From an uncultured delta proteobacterium (GTDB lineage Bacteria; Myxococcota_A; Polyangia; Fen-1088), in NCBI GenBank assembly GCA_963737265.1, contig CAVTRY010000017.1, forward strand, positions 48,279 to 112,278: a DNA stretch of 64,000 nucleotides, given 5' to 3'. The notes under the pieces are model-generated. The model searched no databases. It was not told where the DNA came from and worked only from the letters and a program-made list of their open reading frames with translations. Positions 12,418 to 22,069 of this stretch are shown in pieces. Both the position numbers and the translations under genes were made by a program. How positions within the stretch are numbered: position 1 is the first letter of the stretch; each line of letters starts with the position of its first letter.

Positions 12418-13262
12418 CCAACGTCTCCGTAGACACGGTCAAGCCGAGCGCGCTCGACGCTCTGCTGGTGCTTCTGCGCGCGCTCAAGCTGCCTGCCTTC
12501 ACCCGGCACGCCGAGGAGATCGCGATCAAGGCCAGCCGCGAGGGGTGGACCTTCAGCCAATACCTCCAGCACCTGGCCGAACTGGAAATCGAAGAGCGCC
12601 GAACCCGTCGCATCGATCGCGCGCTTCGCGATTCGGACCTTCCCACGGAGAAAACCCTGGCCACCCTGGAACGTGGTCGGCTGTCACCCAAGGTGATGAA
12701 GCAGATGGCGAGCCTGTGTGAGGGTGGCTTTGTCGAACGTGGGGAGAACCTGCTCGTCTTCGGACTGCCCGGCCGAGGCAAAAGTCACGTTGTGGCTGCC
12801 ATCGGCCACGAACTCATCCGGCGCGGCTACCGGGTCCTCTTCACGCCGACCTTCGCGCTTGTCCAGAGGCTGCTGGCCGCCAAGCGCGACCTTCGCCTGG
12901 AACGAGAACTGGCCGCGCTCGACATCTATCACGCCGTGATCCTCGACGACATCGGCTACGTCCAGCAGAGCCGCGATGAAATGGAGGTCCTTTTCACCTT
13001 CCTGGCCGAGCGGTACGAACGCAAGAGCGTCCTCATCACCAGCAACCTGGTCTTCAGCGATTGGATCCGCATTTTCAAGGATCCCATGACCACCGCCGCC
13101 GCCATCGACCGACTGGTCCACCACGCGGTCATCCTTGAGATGACCGGCCCCAGCTACCGCAGCGAAGAAGCACGAAAGAGAGGCGTCACCACCCCAGCGA
13201 CAACTACGACAACTACCGATCAACCAACGACAACTACCCCCGACAACAATGGGGCGATGTAA
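12414..13262 (+). CDS. istB: IS21 helper ATPase IstB
   Basis: ATGA overlap with istA; Walker A GLPGRGKSH, Walker B ILDDIGY, AAIDRLVHHA. Confidence 0.95.
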   Translation: MTNVSVDTVKPSALDALLVLLRALKLPAFTRHAEEIAIKASREGWTFSQYLQHLAELEIEERRTRRIDRALRDSDLPTEKTLATLERGRLSPKVMKQMASLCEGGFVERGENLLVFGLPGRGKSHVVAAIGHELIRRGYRVLFTPTFALVQRLLAAKRDLRLERELAALDIYHAVILDDIGYVQQSRDEMEVLFTFLAERYERKSVLITSNLVFSDWIRIFKDPMTTAAAIDRLVHHAVILEMTGPSYRSEEARKRGVTTPATTTTTTDQPTTTTPDNNGAM

Positions 13263-13428
13263 TTGACGTCACCGGGTGAATGTAGTTGACGTCCAGCACT
13301 CCTCCGATTTTACAAAACCGGAAGACAGTTGCGGCCAGGTTAGGCGCCGCAAGCGTTCCCGCGCTGGGCCTCCGACACGACCGCTGGTGAAATCGTCGCG
13401 CTACGCGAAGAATCTCGGAAGCAGTAGA

Positions 13429-14022
13429 TCAGCGCCGCAGGCCGAGGAGGCGCGGAAGATCCGACAAAGCAGTCTCGAGGGTGACGGCTTCTTCGAATTC
13501 CCGCACCCGCAAGGCTTCGACGTCCTCGGTCCGGCTGGCTAGCAGGCGGGCCCTGTCCACGGCCTGGCGCATGGTGGAGTCGTCGATCCAGTTGCTCGGA
13601 TCTCCGTCGAGCTGAATCGCAGCGGGCGTCTCGGCCAGAGCGGGCTCCGTGCGCGGCGCGGTCATTGGGACGCCGCTTACCGGGGTGAAGCGCGCCGGGG
13701 TCGCCTTGCGTCCTAGCAGCGTTTCGAGGGTGTTTCGGCATTCCGGGGCCACCTGAAGAAATTGCACGCCCATGCCGTGCGCGCGCTGAGGTTCCTCTGG
13801 ATTGAACTCGCGGACCCACGTCACCCGGCCGGTGCCCCACAGCAGCGGCGGTCCTTTGATGATGGCGATTTCGAAGCGGATGACTGCGCCGACCGCATGG
13901 GGATTGCGGCTGGAAAGGAAGATTCCCCCGCGGGTCACGTTGGGGGCGAAGCGCTGGATGAAGGTGTCTTCATCGGGATAGCGAAGATGGATGCGGACGA
14001 GCGGGGCGTCTGGGGTCGACAC
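13429..14022 (-). CDS. TIGR02266-like / PilZ-domain protein
   Basis: FAPNVTRGGIFL...G.V.WVR...GMGVQF pattern of the myxobacterial PilZ-like domain. Confidence 0.75.
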   Translation of the reverse strand: MSTPDAPLVRIHLRYPDEDTFIQRFAPNVTRGGIFLSSRNPHAVGAVIRFEIAIIKGPPLLWGTGRVTWVREFNPEEPQRAHGMGVQFLQVAPECRNTLETLLGRKATPARFTPVSGVPMTAPRTEPALAETPAAIQLDGDPSNWIDDSTMRQAVDRARLLASRTEDVEALRVREFEEAVTLETALSDLPRLLGLRR

Positions 14023-14572
14023 GGCGAGGGAGTATCGGACGGTCGGGGGCGTGGGTCAACCCACGACCGTGGCGCGGGTGCTTCCCTGAAATGGGGGCTG
14101 GGGCTTCACCTCGCCCCGCGCAGGTGGGATCGGAGGGAAAAACAGGGAGGAACGGAGGACCAGAGGGATCACGGGTTGGGTTGACGAGGCGGCGGAGACC
14201 CTCGCGAAGTACGGGGACGTGGAAATTGACGAGCAGGCCAACCGGCAGTCGTAGGAGCTTGAGATAGGTAATGACCTGTGCCAAGTGGACAGGAAGCAAC
14301 TGCTCTACCGCCTTGACTTCGACGACCAAACGGCCTTCCACCATGAGGTCGAGGCGATAGCCGCAGTCGAGGTCAATGCCTTTGTACTGCAGAGGAATCG
14401 CGACCTGACGTTGCGTGCGAAATCCACGCAGGCCTAGCTCGCGCGCCAGGCAGTGCTCGTAGGCCGACTCAAGCAGCCCGGGACCGAGGTGACGGTGGAC
14501 TTCGATGCAGGCGGCGATAATTTGCCCAGTAAAGTCATGCTGTCTCTGATTCTCCGTTCCTCGCTGTTCCAT
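13970..14572 (-). CDS. GxxExxY protein (PD-(D/E)xK-like), copy 1; no stop codon inside the element
   Basis: [48 protein letters not shown]. Confidence 0.9.
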   Translation of the reverse strand: MEQRGTENQRQHDFTGQIIAACIEVHRHLGPGLLESAYEHCLARELGLRGFRTQRQVAIPLQYKGIDLDCGYRLDLMVEGRLVVEVKAVEQLLPVHLAQVITYLKLLRLPVGLLVNFHVPVLREGLRRLVNPTRDPSGPPFLPVFPSDPTCAGRGEAPAPISGKHPRHGRGLTHAPDRPILPRRVDPRRPARPHPSSLSR

Positions 14573-14653
14573 ATCTGCGTTTTCGGCGGCACTCCGCCAA
14601 AAGTTGCTACCTCACCGAGCCGCCGGCTGGGCCCCCGTTTCAGGGATGCACCC
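14076..14653. mobile_element. TIR-bounded mini-element carrying a GxxExxY gene, copy 1 (578 bp)
   Basis: 23-bp TIRs GGGTGCTTCCCTGAAATGGGGGC (14076-14098) and GCCCCCGTTTCAGGGATGCACCC (14631-14653); flanked by CCGTGGCGC at 14067-14075 and 14654-14662. Confidence 0.8.
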
Positions 14654-14662
14654 CCGTGGCGC

Positions 14663-15242
14663 GGGTGCTTCCCTGAAATGGGGGCTGGGGCTTCACCTCG
14701 CCCCGCGCAGGTGGGATCGGAGGGAAAAACAGGGAGGAACGGAGGACCAGAGGAATCACGGGTTGGGTTGACGAGGCGGCGGAGACCCTCGCGAAGTACG
14801 GGGACGTGGAAATTGACGAGCAGGCCCACCGGCAGTCGTAGGAGCTTGAGATAGGTAATGACCTGCGCCAAGTGGACAGGAAGCAACTGCTCTACCGCCT
14901 TGACTTCGACGACCAAACGGCCTTCCACCATGAGGTCGAGGCGATAGCCGCAGTCGAGGTCAATGCCTTTGTACTGCAGAGGAATCGCGACCCTGACGTT
15001 GCGTGCGAAATCCACGCAGGCCTAGCTCGCGCGCCAGGCAGTGCTCGTAGGCCGACTCAAGCAGCCCGGGACCGAGGTGACGGTGGACTTCGATGCAGGC
15101 GGCGATAATTTGCCCAGTAAAGTCATCCTGTCTCTGTTTCTCCGTTCCTCGCTGTTCCAGATCTGCGTTTTCGGCGGCACTCCGCCAGAAGTTGCTACCT
15201 CACCGAGCCCCCGGCTGGGGCCCCCGTTTCAGGGAGGCACCC
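14663..15242. mobile_element. TIR-bounded GxxExxY mini-element, copy 2 (580 bp); gene frameshifted
   Basis: Near-identical tandem copy with the same TIRs; third CCGTGGCGC at 15243-15251; extra C near 14991; CTG in place of ATG at 15160. Confidence 0.8.
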
Positions 15243-16035
15243 CCGTGGCGCTCGCGATGGACAGGCTGAAAAGGCGACGTGCGTTCGCCGTGGTCGCCTC
15301 GGCAGCGAGACTCGCAGGAATTCCTCGGACGTGTGCGAGGGTTTCGAGGGTGCTGACCACGAAGGCCGGTTCGTTGCGGCGGCCGCGATGGGGGACCGGC
15401 GCCAGATAGGGAGCGTCAGTTTCGACCAGGATGCGATCGAGAGGTGCATAGGCTGCCGCCGCCCGCAGGTCGTCCGATTTCTTGAATGTGAGCACGCCTG
15501 AAAAGGAGAGATACAGCCCCAGATCGAGGTAGCGCTTGGCGTCATTGACGTTTCCGGAAAAACAATGGATGACGCCGCCAGCGTCGGGGATCGCGCCGGC
15601 GCCGAGGATGCCGATCGCGTCCTCATGGGCATCGCGCACGTGGCAGATCACGGGGCGCCCAACCGACGTCGAGAGCGCCAGGAAGCGCTGAAAAACCTCG
15701 CGCTGAACCTGGCGCGGCGAGTGGTCATAGAAGTAGTCGAGGCCGGTCTCGCCGATGCCGACCACGCGCGGATGCTGCGCCAGGGCCTTGAGGATGGTCC
15801 AAAACTCGGGAACGACTTTGTCGGCGTCGTGCGGGTGGATACCGATGGCGGCAAAGATGTCGGGTTCCCTGCTGGCCAAGGCGACCACCCGTTCAGCCGT
15901 GGCCAGATCCCCGCCCGAGCCCACGCACACCATGGCCACGATGCCGGCGCCGCGGGCGCGCTCGATCACGGCCGGCAGGTCTTGGCGAAAGTCCTCGAAA
16001 TCGAGATGGGTGTGGGAATCGATGATGGCCAGCAC
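15229..16035 (-). CDS. tatD: TatD-family deoxyribonuclease
   Basis: DSHTHLD, GIHPH, IGETGLDY, CHVRDA, IHCFSG, ETDAPYLAP, RNEPA; GTG start at 16035 inferred. Confidence 0.93.
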   Translation of the reverse strand: MLAIIDSHTHLDFEDFRQDLPAVIERARGAGIVAMVCVGSGGDLATAERVVALASREPDIFAAIGIHPHDADKVVPEFWTILKALAQHPRVVGIGETGLDYFYDHSPRQVQREVFQRFLALSTSVGRPVICHVRDAHEDAIGILGAGAIPDAGGVIHCFSGNVNDAKRYLDLGLYLSFSGVLTFKKSDDLRAAAAYAPLDRILVETDAPYLAPVPHRGRRNEPAFVVSTLETLAHVRGIPASLAAEATTANARRLFSLSIASATGVPP

Positions 16036-16042
16036 GGATTCC

Positions 16043-17524
16043 TCACCCGGTGATCTCGATGCGGCTCGGAACTTTGTGCGGGGCCAAGCGTTTGGCACAG
16101 TGATCCAGCATCGCCTTGGGCCGGCAGCGGCCGCCGGGCGTAACCTGAACCACGATATGGGTCGAACCTTCGTCGTCGTACTCCACACGGGCCAGCGCCG
16201 CCTTTACGTTGGCCAGGCCCTCGAGACAACTCTCGATCTCGCCTAGCGCCACCGAGCGCCGGTCGACCTTCACGATGTCATCCTCGCGGTGGCACAGATG
16301 CAGCCGCAGGGAACGGTCGACGTGTCCGACGTCGCCGGTGCGCAGCCAGCCATCGAGCACGCCACGACCGACCGCGGTGTTCGCCGCGCGCACCGGGAGC
16401 GCGGGCAGGAATGTCGTCGAGACGCCGGCGCCACGGATCCAAATGGGCCCGACGGTGCCAGGCGCAAGCAGGGCACCAGTGCTACTGGCGACTCGGATCG
16501 ACACGCCCGCGAAAGGCACGCCCACCGAGGCTGGCGCAGATCCGTCGAGATCGATGGCAGCCGGACCGGTTTCGCTGCTGTGGTAACACGACAGCACCGG
16601 GATCCCGAAACGCTGGCGGAATGTGTGCGCAACCTGGGCGGGCAGGGGAACGCCAGAGCAAACGAGATGGGCTGAATGCTTTTGCACGGGCTTGGCATTG
16701 GTCAGCCGGGCCAACGCGGCGAATTCTCGCGGCGTGGCGGCAAAGAGACCAATGGCTTGGTCGAGAAGGGTTTTCGCCAACCGAGGCACCACCGCGCCGT
16801 CGTCGAGAAAAAGCGTGGCCCCCTGGAAGAGCGCGGCCAGAAGACCGAAATCAAAACCCTGGCAATCGAAAAGTGGCGCTGCGCAAAGCACCCGCGGCTG
16901 GGGCGACAGATCGAGGGTCTCTTCGAGCGCGGAAGCGATCCCGCGCAGCTGCGCCGGCCCGCGCACCACCGCCTTGGGGTCGCCGCCAGAGTCCAAGGTA
17001 AATAGCACGACCGCCGCGTCTTGTGCGGCGGGGAGGCTAGGTCGGGACCAAGGGTAAAGGGTACAGGACAGAAGAGTGCCCGAAATGCGATGGCGACTTT
17101 CCGCTGCCAGCCGCGACGTGGGCGCGTGCCCGTCCAGGCGAAGTGTTCCCAAGGGCGCCGCCAGCGGATCGATTGCGTTGGGCCGGGTCACGAGAGCGCG
17201 CAAGGGCGCGGCATCGATGGTCATGTCGAGATCCCGCCCGCCGGTGGTGGGATCGATCAGTACCACCACGGCGTCGAGCTTGGATAGCGCGAGAGCAATC
17301 ACGACGAACTCCGGATCGTTGCCAAGCATGAGCCCGACCCAATCGCGGGCTTGGATTCCCATCGCGGCGAATTCTTGTGCTCGACGTTCGACGCGATGGA
17401 GGAGTCCGCGCCAGGAGAGATAGGTGTCGCGGAAGATAACGGCATGGCCCGGAGCCGCTCCTGCGAGCCGCCGTTGCACTGCCTTTTCCAACCATTCAAA
17501 CAGCAGCGACATGTTGCTTGTCAT
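16043..17524 (-). CDS. Class I adenylate-forming (AMP-binding / acyl-CoA synthetase-like) protein with degenerate motifs
   Basis: YHSSETG, WLRTGDVG, R.DDIVKV, LAPHKVP; P-loop altered to FTLDSGGDPKAV. Confidence 0.75.
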   Translation of the reverse strand: MTSNMSLLFEWLEKAVQRRLAGAAPGHAVIFRDTYLSWRGLLHRVERRAQEFAAMGIQARDWVGLMLGNDPEFVVIALALSKLDAVVVLIDPTTGGRDLDMTIDAAPLRALVTRPNAIDPLAAPLGTLRLDGHAPTSRLAAESRHRISGTLLSCTLYPWSRPSLPAAQDAAVVLFTLDSGGDPKAVVRGPAQLRGIASALEETLDLSPQPRVLCAAPLFDCQGFDFGLLAALFQGATLFLDDGAVVPRLAKTLLDQAIGLFAATPREFAALARLTNAKPVQKHSAHLVCSGVPLPAQVAHTFRQRFGIPVLSCYHSSETGPAAIDLDGSAPASVGVPFAGVSIRVASSTGALLAPGTVGPIWIRGAGVSTTFLPALPVRAANTAVGRGVLDGWLRTGDVGHVDRSLRLHLCHREDDIVKVDRRSVALGEIESCLEGLANVKAALARVEYDDEGSTHIVVQVTPGGRCRPKAMLDHCAKRLAPHKVPSRIEITG

Positions 17525-17607
17525 CCGAGCTGCGGATGAAACACTTCATCTGATCCGGTTGCTAACGTAACACGCTCCGGTGACCCGCGGCGAGGACCTT
17601 CGATCAG

Positions 17608-17726
17608 TGAAGAACTGTCCAAAAATTGGACAGTTCTTCAGCAGCCGAGCCAAGGGCTCGGCCGCAGGTGGGGTGAAGTCCGCGAATTTACTTCGCGGAC
17701 GAGGGGAGGGCAGCGGCCCTCCCTTC
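17608..17726. repeat. Run of four inverted repeats in the intergenic region
   Basis: TGAAGAACTGTCCAA-aaa-TTGGACAGTTCTTCA (perfect 15 bp); GCCGAGCC/GGCTCGGC; GTCCGCGAA/TTCGCGGAC; GAGGGGAGGGC/GCCCTCCCTTC. Confidence 0.8.
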
Positions 17727-17768
17727 AAAAATCTTCAAGACGGGTCCATTTATGGACACGTCTTGAGA

Positions 17769-19043
17769 TCAGCGATGGGCGATGAGGTGCCCGTGTCGGA
17801 CGGATCCCTCGCTCGCCAGGTAGTCAGCGACGATGTGGCGCGCTAACGCGTGGGCTTTGACCTGCCACCCCGCCGGGTTGCCGAGCAAGACCGCAAAGGC
17901 GATCTCGGGACTATCCACGGGAGCATAGCCGATGAACCAGCTATAGCCGAGCTGCCCACCATCCGGCAGTCCGGCGGTGCCGGGTGGGGCGGGATCGCGG
18001 GGACCACCGCGGTAGTTGAGCGTGCCGGTCTTGCCCGCCACTTCGATCGGCAAGAAGGGCTGGCCCTTGCGGTCGCGAAAGCTGTGGCGTGCCGTACCCA
18101 TGGTGGTCGTGAGCTCCATCATCCTGCCGACTTGTTCTGCGACGGCCGGGTCGAGAACGCGGCGGGATGCCACCTTGGGCATGAGGACGTGCGTGCCGCG
18201 CGCATCCACGGCCTTGGCGATGAGGTGGACGGCAGGCATCTCGCCATGGTTAGCGATGGTGGCAGCGATGAGAGCACCATGCATGACGGAAAGCGAGCTG
18301 TGCCAAAACCCGGCGGCGGCGCGCGCATATTCGAGCCCGTCGCGCGGGATCTCGATCTGCGAAGGCTCGACCGCGGCATCGAATGGCAGTACTTCCCCGA
18401 AGCCGAAGGACGCGGCGATGCGCTCTAGGCTTTCCGGGCGCAAGTTGCGCGACGCCAGCTTGGCGATGATCGCGTTTTGGGATTTTCCGATGGCGTATCC
18501 CAAGGTCGCGCAGGTACGATCGATCGCGGGCAGGTCGACCAGATTGTCGCGCAGCACGGAAGAAACCCCACCGTGATAGCAAACACGACTTCCTGGATCG
18601 AGATGGGCTTCCTGCAAAAGCGCGGAAGCCGCCACGACCTTGAAAACCGAAGCCGCTGGTGCCCAGGGACGCAATGCAAGCGCGGCAACATCCAAGGAAG
18701 GGTCGGTTTTCGAGTAGCCAGCCAGGACCAGGACCTTTCCATCAGAAATGGAAATCACCGCGGCCGCGGCGAAGGGAAGGTGGTGCGCAGCCAGCGCGTC
18801 TTCAACCGACTTCTGCAGTGCCGGCTTCAGCGTGAGCTGGGCCAGCCCGCCACCTTCCAAGTCGGCCACGTAATGCGAGCCATGCAAACTCATGGTTTCC
18901 AACGCCACGAGCGGACCTGCGACGCTTTCCGCTGGGGTCGGCTCGACGTCCTGCGCATGAGCGCTAGACGCGATAAGACCAACTGTGAGCGTGACGACAA
19001 ACCCTCGAATAACCTCTGTCCGAGCGCTACGTGAAGGTTTCAT
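17769..19043 (-). CDS. Penicillin-binding transpeptidase-domain protein
   Basis: SxxK (ASVFK), SxN (SQN), KTG (GKTGT), SWFIGYAP; N-terminal hydrophobic segment; start uncertain. Confidence 0.85.
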   Translation of the reverse strand: MKPSRSARTEVIRGFVVTLTVGLIASSAHAQDVEPTPAESVAGPLVALETMSLHGSHYVADLEGGGLAQLTLKPALQKSVEDALAAHHLPFAAAAVISISDGKVLVLAGYSKTDPSLDVAALALRPWAPAASVFKVVAASALLQEAHLDPGSRVCYHGGVSSVLRDNLVDLPAIDRTCATLGYAIGKSQNAIIAKLASRNLRPESLERIAASFGFGEVLPFDAAVEPSQIEIPRDGLEYARAAAGFWHSSLSVMHGALIAATIANHGEMPAVHLIAKAVDARGTHVLMPKVASRRVLDPAVAEQVGRMMELTTTMGTARHSFRDRKGQPFLPIEVAGKTGTLNYRGGPRDPAPPGTAGLPDGGQLGYSWFIGYAPVDSPEIAFAVLLGNPAGWQVKAHALARHIVADYLASEGSVRHGHLIAHR

Positions 19044-19132
19044 GTCTACAAAGTCATACATGTAGGATTGTGTGTCAAATAATCCTCCTCCTTTACGGCG
19101 CGCCGGTCGTGCCCTAACCTGGAGGACCTCCC

Positions 19133-20056
19133 GTGGCACGAACACCAACCAAACGCGACGACACCTCGCCGGATCTCGACCACGTTCGGGCCAAGACGGT
19201 TGTGACGAGCATCAATCGCATCACCGAGAATGCTCCCACTAAGGAAGCGTGTTTGGTGGTCATCTACGGCTCCGATCTCGGCCGTAAGCACAACCTCGAA
19301 AGCTCTTCGGTCACGCTCGGACGCTCTACGAAATGCGACATTCAGATCGATCAAGAATCCGTGTCGCGCGCCCATTCGAAGATCCTCAATACTGGTCGCT
19401 CCATTCGCATTCGCGATTTGGGATCTACCAACGGGACCTACGTCAACGACGAGCTTGTCGAGGAGCGCACCCTCGTCGACGGGGATTTCATCAAGATCGG
19501 CCGGACGATTTTCAAGTTCTTGTCGGGTGGAAATATCGAGCGCGCCTACCACGAAGAAATCTACCGGCTGACGACCGTCGACGGCCTGACGCAGATTTAC
19601 AACAAGCGCTATTTCGCCGAGGCGCTCAATCGCGAGATTGCACGGGCCAGCCGCTACCGACGCGAGCTGTCCCTTGTGATCTTCGACCTCGACCATTTCA
19701 AAGAAGTCAACGACACGCACGGCCACCTGGCCGGCGATTCGGTGCTCAAAACCCTGGCGCTGACCATCAAGTCGAAAATTCGCACCGAGGATGTTTTCGC
19801 GCGCTACGGCGGCGAGGAGTTCGCCATCATTTTGCCCGAAATCGACGGTCACAACGGCCACCAATTCGCCGAAAAGATCCGGCGCATTGTGGAGACGACG
19901 GAGTTTCACTTCGAAACCACGAAGATCCCCGTGACCATCTCCATGGGCGTGGCCACGCTCGATGCCGAGGAACCGACGGCTGCGGCGCTGATCAAACGAG
20001 CCGACGAACGCCTGTACGAGGCCAAGGGCGCGGGGCGCAACTGCGTCAAGGGCTAG
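19133..20056 (+). CDS. FHA + GGDEF diguanylate cyclase
   Basis: FHA motifs [17 protein letters not shown]; [25 protein letters not shown]. Confidence 0.93.
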   Translation: MARTPTKRDDTSPDLDHVRAKTVVTSINRITENAPTKEACLVVIYGSDLGRKHNLESSSVTLGRSTKCDIQIDQESVSRAHSKILNTGRSIRIRDLGSTNGTYVNDELVEERTLVDGDFIKIGRTIFKFLSGGNIERAYHEEIYRLTTVDGLTQIYNKRYFAEALNREIARASRYRRELSLVIFDLDHFKEVNDTHGHLAGDSVLKTLALTIKSKIRTEDVFARYGGEEFAIILPEIDGHNGHQFAEKIRRIVETTEFHFETTKIPVTISMGVATLDAEEPTAAALIKRADERLYEAKGAGRNCVKG

Positions 20057-20145
20057 ATCAGCCGAGTGTCTTTGACCACGACGGAATCCTTGCGGTACTC
20101 TTCGAGCGCCCCATCTGTCAGCGGGCACACCCAACAATCCATGGA

Positions 20146-21093
20146 ATGTCGATGAATCTAGGCAAACTGAAGCTCGCTCTCATCGCGTTCGTGGCGGTGA
20201 CTCTGTTTGCCCTGGCGCCCGCCCGCGCACAAGCGCAAGGCCAAGCCGAGAAGAAACAGCAGGCGAAGGAGCACTACGAGAAGGCGTCGCGCCTTTTCGA
20301 CGTAGGCAAGTACGGAGAGGCGATTAGCGAATACGAGGCGGCCTACCTCCTCATCGAAGACGCGGCTTTCTTATTCAACATCGGGCAGGCATATCGACTT
20401 TGGGACAAGCCCGAGGACGCCATTCGGGCGTACAAGAACTACCTGCGTCGGCGTCCCGAAGCTAGCAATCGCGCGGAGGTGGAAAGGAAGATCGCGGATC
20501 TGGAAAAATTGATGGAGGACCGAAGGGGAAACGTGGCCGCGCCCGCGCCGCCGATTGCTCCACCTTCGCCGCCCGCGCCGCCGATTGCTCCACCTTCGCC
20601 GCCCGTGCCAGCTGCGACTCCGCCTTCGCCTGAACCTGCGGCCGTCGCGCCGGCGCCAGTTGCGCCTGGGCCAACGTCACCGCCGGTCTCTCCGCAACCA
20701 GTTGGTGTTGCGTATGCAGAGCCGGTTTCCGCTGCGCCAGCTCCTCCTCCTGCTCCTGCTCCGCCTGGCACGAGCAACTGGCTTTCCTATACGTTGATCG
20801 GCGTGGGCGGCGCTTGCCTGGCTACCACCGTGATCGCGGCGGCCGTGGGCGCGAGCAAGGCGAAGAAACTTCAGGACGCCTCGCAAAACAACCAACCGTT
20901 CGATCCGGCGGTTCAGGCCAATGGAAAGACAGCCAACGTGATTGCAATTGTCTCCGCCGTGGCAGGCGTTGCAACCGGGGGCGTTGGCGGCTACCTGCTG
21001 TGGCGTGGCGCTGGATCGACGCCGGCAACGGCTTCGGTTGCGCCAATCGTGACCCCGAGTTTCGCCGGCGGTTCGGCACAGCTAACATTTTAG
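20146..21093 (+). CDS. Secreted TPR protein with Pro-rich linker and C-terminal membrane segments
   Basis: Signal peptide; FLFNIGQAYRLWDKPEDAIRAYKNYL TPR; PAPPIAPPSP duplicated. Confidence 0.75.
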   Translation: MSMNLGKLKLALIAFVAVTLFALAPARAQAQGQAEKKQQAKEHYEKASRLFDVGKYGEAISEYEAAYLLIEDAAFLFNIGQAYRLWDKPEDAIRAYKNYLRRRPEASNRAEVERKIADLEKLMEDRRGNVAAPAPPIAPPSPPAPPIAPPSPPVPAATPPSPEPAAVAPAPVAPGPTSPPVSPQPVGVAYAEPVSAAPAPPPAPAPPGTSNWLSYTLIGVGGACLATTVIAAAVGASKAKKLQDASQNNQPFDPAVQANGKTANVIAIVSAVAGVATGGVGGYLLWRGAGSTPATASVAPIVTPSFAGGSAQLTF

Positions 21094-21094
21094 G

Positions 21095-21994
21095 ATGGAG
21101 CGGAGAATGACCAGGACGATTGGATTTGCGGTCGGGCTCCTGCTCCTGTTTTGTGGTTGCTTCAACACGAGCGGCATCACAAATGGCGGGCTGGTCTGCA
21201 ACAGCGGTGCCGTCGCCTGTCCCGATGGTTTTGTCTGCAATTCTGGTAAGTGTTGGAAGAACGGAACCGGGCCCGACGCTGTGTGCACGCCCTCCACGCC
21301 ACCCTACGGGCCGTTCGCGACCTGCAGCACGAGCGCGCCAAATCTGACCACCTGTGATCCCGTATGCCAGTCTGGTTGCGACTGTGGCAAGCGCTGCGTC
21401 TTCAACCTCGAAACCGGCAACTCGTTCACCTGCGAAACCACGGCGGAACCGGCAGGTTTCGCCTTCGTCGATCCCGTCGGCCAGTGCAATTCTCCCAACG
21501 ACAATGCTTGTGCGCCAGGGTCGGTGTGCATCGGCGACGACGTGTGTGGAAACCTCTGCTACAAAACCTGTCGGGCCGCCGTCGATTGTGCCTCGAACAG
21601 TCGTTGCACCCGGGACCTCGTTTTGGACAGCGACGGAGTAACGCCAGTCGTGCCGAATGCATACCTTTGCTCGCCCCCGATTGAGGTGTGCAATCCAACG
21701 GGAAGCGCTGCCTGCGCGAACCCGCGCGCAGGGTTCAATTGCGTCTTCCTTGCCGGTCTCACCGGCCAGCAGGCGGTGGACACGACAACCTGCGACTGCG
21801 CTACACTTCATAGCGTGGCCATCGGGGAAAAGTGCAGCACGATTCCCGACGACTGCCGACCCGGCGCGGCCTGCGTCAACGGCGTCTGCCGGCGGCTATG
21901 CAATCTCAAGGCAACCGCATCGCCTTGCCCGACCGCCAACGTTGTGTGCACGCCGATCTATGGATCCACCCAGTACGGTTACTGCACCCTATAG
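21095..21994 (+). CDS. Cysteine-rich putative lipoprotein
   Basis: Hydrophobic N-terminus ending LLFCGC; many Cys-rich repeats (CDPVCQSGC, CAPGSVC, CRPGAAC). Confidence 0.7.
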   Translation: MERRMTRTIGFAVGLLLLFCGCFNTSGITNGGLVCNSGAVACPDGFVCNSGKCWKNGTGPDAVCTPSTPPYGPFATCSTSAPNLTTCDPVCQSGCDCGKRCVFNLETGNSFTCETTAEPAGFAFVDPVGQCNSPNDNACAPGSVCIGDDVCGNLCYKTCRAAVDCASNSRCTRDLVLDSDGVTPVVPNAYLCSPPIEVCNPTGSAACANPRAGFNCVFLAGLTGQQAVDTTTCDCATLHSVAIGEKCSTIPDDCRPGAACVNGVCRRLCNLKATASPCPTANVVCTPIYGSTQYGYCTL

Positions 21995-22069
21995 CCCAGC
22001 CGCTGCCCTAAAGTTGTCGAAGGTCTACCCAGGGTAGAGACGTTGTTCCAATCTTATGCTATTCCGCAT

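Larger units (their letters stand above)
10806..13298 (+). mobile_element. IS21-family insertion sequence
   Basis: TG...CA ends with internally repeated IRs (TGCTGAGCGACAATTACATC / GAATGTAGTTGACGTCCAGCA); 6-bp TSD CTCCTC at 10800-10805 and 13299-13304; istA-istB pair. Confidence 0.93.
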
